DNA from: an uncultured Gammaproteobacteria bacterium
GTDB lineage: Bacteria > Patescibacteriota > Microgenomatia > Curtissbacterales > CAZCAY01
Assembly (NCBI GenBank): GCA_964496955.1
Contig: CAZCAY010000002.1
Location: forward strand, 1 to 47,817
Direction: 5' to 3'
DNA length: 47,817 nucleotides
Shown: one piece after another, positions 46,334 through 47,817 of the stretch
How the letters are laid out: each line of letters opens with the position of its first letter
Numbering within the stretch: position 1 is the stretch's first letter
Program-made: the position numbers and the translations under genes
The notes under the pieces: model-generated
What the model was told of the DNA's origin: nothing
The model's input: only the letters and a program-made list of their open reading frames with translations
Databases searched by the model: none

Positions 46334-47812
46334 ATGGCCAAATTAAAACCCAAACTGGCTATAAAACTTATTGGTATTGTTTTGCTCATTATCGTTTTGC
46401 GGATTCCTTCATTATTTGAGCCTTATTGGTATGGAGATGAGGGCATTACTCTCACAGTAGGCCAAAGGTGGTTTTTAAATGAATTGCCTTATCTGCATGT
46501 CTATGATAACAAACCACCTTTAATCTATCTCCTCTTTGGATTGGCCACTAACCTTTTTGCTGTCAAGTTAATGGTCAGTCTTTGGGTTGTGGCCAGTGTG
46601 ATCGCCATCTACAGCCTGGGAAAGAAAATGGCTAGTAGCTTGGGTGTCCAACCCCCAACTAAATTGGCCCTCATTGCTAGTCTAGTTTTAAGTGTCACCC
46701 TTTCCCTTCCAGCCTTAGAAGGCAACATTGCCAATGGTGAAATCCTGCTCATTTTACCGACTATTCTCGGTGCTTTTCTTATTTATTCTCACACTAATAA
46801 ACCTCTGCCTTCTTGGGAATTATTATTAGCAGGAGCCACCTTTGCTGTTGCTAGTTTACTAAAGTTTCCGGCAATTTTTGACATATTGGCCATTCTTCTT
46901 TTTTTAACAATTACTGAAATTAGCCAACGCCAGCTCCTGCTCAAAGACTACCTCTTAATCACTGCCGGTTTTATTATTGTCTGGTTACCGTTCGGGGTCT
47001 ACTTTGCCCTTAATGACAGTTTTGGACCCTTTATAAAGGCCGTGTTTTTAAATAACTTCAGCTACCTCCAACCAGGCAACAAGTTTCTTTTGGCAAACGA
47101 TAAGCTCATCATTAAAACCCTCATTACAGCAGGGGTTTGTCTATTTTTAATCAAAAAAGCCAGCCAAATGCCCAAACCTACCTTGTTTGCCTACCTTTGG
47201 CTTCTCTTTGCCCTTTTTGCTGCTCTCCTTTCAGGCCGACCATACACCCACTATCTTATCCAAACCCTCCCACCTCTTTCCCTCCTTATTGCCATCATTC
47301 TTGTTAAGGAGACCCCTCAAAAATGGTTGGAGTTGGGGAGATTGATTCTCATCATGGGGTTAGTCTTTGTCATTTTCCAATTTAAGATTTGGCCTACTGT
47401 AGGCTATTACCAGAATTTCCTCAGCTATTTACTAGGATCTAAAAGCTATAGCCAATACCAAACCTGGTTTGATCCCCGCACTGCCAGATTGGTGGCCTTG
47501 GCTAATTTCTTGGTTAATGAAAACAAACCCAATGATAGCCTGTTTGTTTGGGGTAATGAGCCAGATTTGTACTTCCTCACCAAGCTTAAGCCAGCTACTC
47601 CTTTCATTACAGCCTACCACTTACTATCAGTGCCCCAAGCTAAAACAACAGGCTTAAGACAACTCCAAACCACGCCTCCCAAATTTGTTGTGACCATTAA
47701 TAACATTAGCGAAAGATATGACGAACTTCTAACCTTTATCCAAAATAATTATCAGCCTATCTTTTATTACCAGGAGGAAGCTGTCATTTGGCAAAGAATG
47801 CCTCAAAAGTAA
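46334..47812 (+). CDS. GT-C fold membrane glycosyltransferase (ArnT/PMT, GT39-like)
   Basis: A polytopic protein of about 490 aa with a first-loop acidic motif (YWYGDEGITL) and VYDNKPPLIYLLFG. ATG at 46334 is the preferred start; TTG at 46301, which overlaps the upstream gene, is the alternative. Confidence 0.7.
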   Translation: MAKLKPKLAIKLIGIVLLIIVLRIPSLFEPYWYGDEGITLTVGQRWFLNELPYLHVYDNKPPLIYLLFGLATNLFAVKLMVSLWVVASVIAIYSLGKKMASSLGVQPPTKLALIASLVLSVTLSLPALEGNIANGEILLILPTILGAFLIYSHTNKPLPSWELLLAGATFAVASLLKFPAIFDILAILLFLTITEISQRQLLLKDYLLITAGFIIVWLPFGVYFALNDSFGPFIKAVFLNNFSYLQPGNKFLLANDKLIIKTLITAGVCLFLIKKASQMPKPTLFAYLWLLFALFAALLSGRPYTHYLIQTLPPLSLLIAIILVKETPQKWLELGRLILIMGLVFVIFQFKIWPTVGYYQNFLSYLLGSKSYSQYQTWFDPRTARLVALANFLVNENKPNDSLFVWGNEPDLYFLTKLKPATPFITAYHLLSVPQAKTTGLRQLQTTPPKFVVTINNISERYDELLTFIQNNYQPIFYYQEEAVIWQRMPQK

Positions 47813-47817
47813 ACTAT

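Overview
This is a 47.8-kb, densely coded, AT-leaning bacterial chromosomal segment read with the standard code (long ORFs end in TGA, TAA or TAG). I support about 44 protein genes. I saw no rRNA, tRNA, CRISPR array, transposase or integrase.

From 1 to about 34.9 kb nearly every gene is on the minus strand; after that the orientation is mixed. The content is core information processing, proteostasis and monoderm-type envelope biogenesis:
- Transcription and translation: rpoC' and rpoB, nusA-infB, rpsO-pnp, rpsT, alaS, metG, lepA.
- Proteostasis: hrcA-grpE-dnaK-dnaJ preceded by a CIRCE operator.
- DNA and RNA handling: ftsK, RNase J, UDG, a UvrD-type helicase/Fe-S nuclease with rmuC, tatD.
- Envelope: mltG, sortase, RodZ-like, murJ, an LCP protein, a G5/3D protein, two tandem FemAB genes, and a GT2 plus GT-C glycosyltransferase pair.

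The operon layout is Firmicute-like, and many proteins are domain-minimised: a 593-aa AlaRS, an IF2 of about 490 aa, a DnaJ without zinc finger, a Lon AAA+ module without protease, and a 253-aa HrcA. There are no outer-membrane functions. Together these suggest a small-genome monoderm bacterium such as a CPR/Patescibacteria member. That lineage call is inference only.

Most interesting observations:
1. A three-gene membrane module sits between alaS and ruvX-mltG and is tightly coupled to them. It consists of a Pro-rich bitopic protein, a 737-aa protein fusing an actin-like N-domain, a TM helix and a baseplate-J-like ectodomain, and a sortase.
2. A 72-aa ORF next to rpsT consists almost only of a signal peptide plus an LPEAG, TM and basic-tail sorting signal. 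It looks like a minimal sortase substrate.
3. A promoter, terminator-like hairpin and SD-mimic leader lies upstream of nusA.
4. pnp is frameshifted, and a long hairpin lies in the rpsO-pnp spacer.
5. There are two apparent pseudo- or minimal enzymes: an NrnA-like protein lacking the DHH motifs, and a protease-less Lon.

All functional calls come from reading motifs in the supplied translations. No database search was possible.
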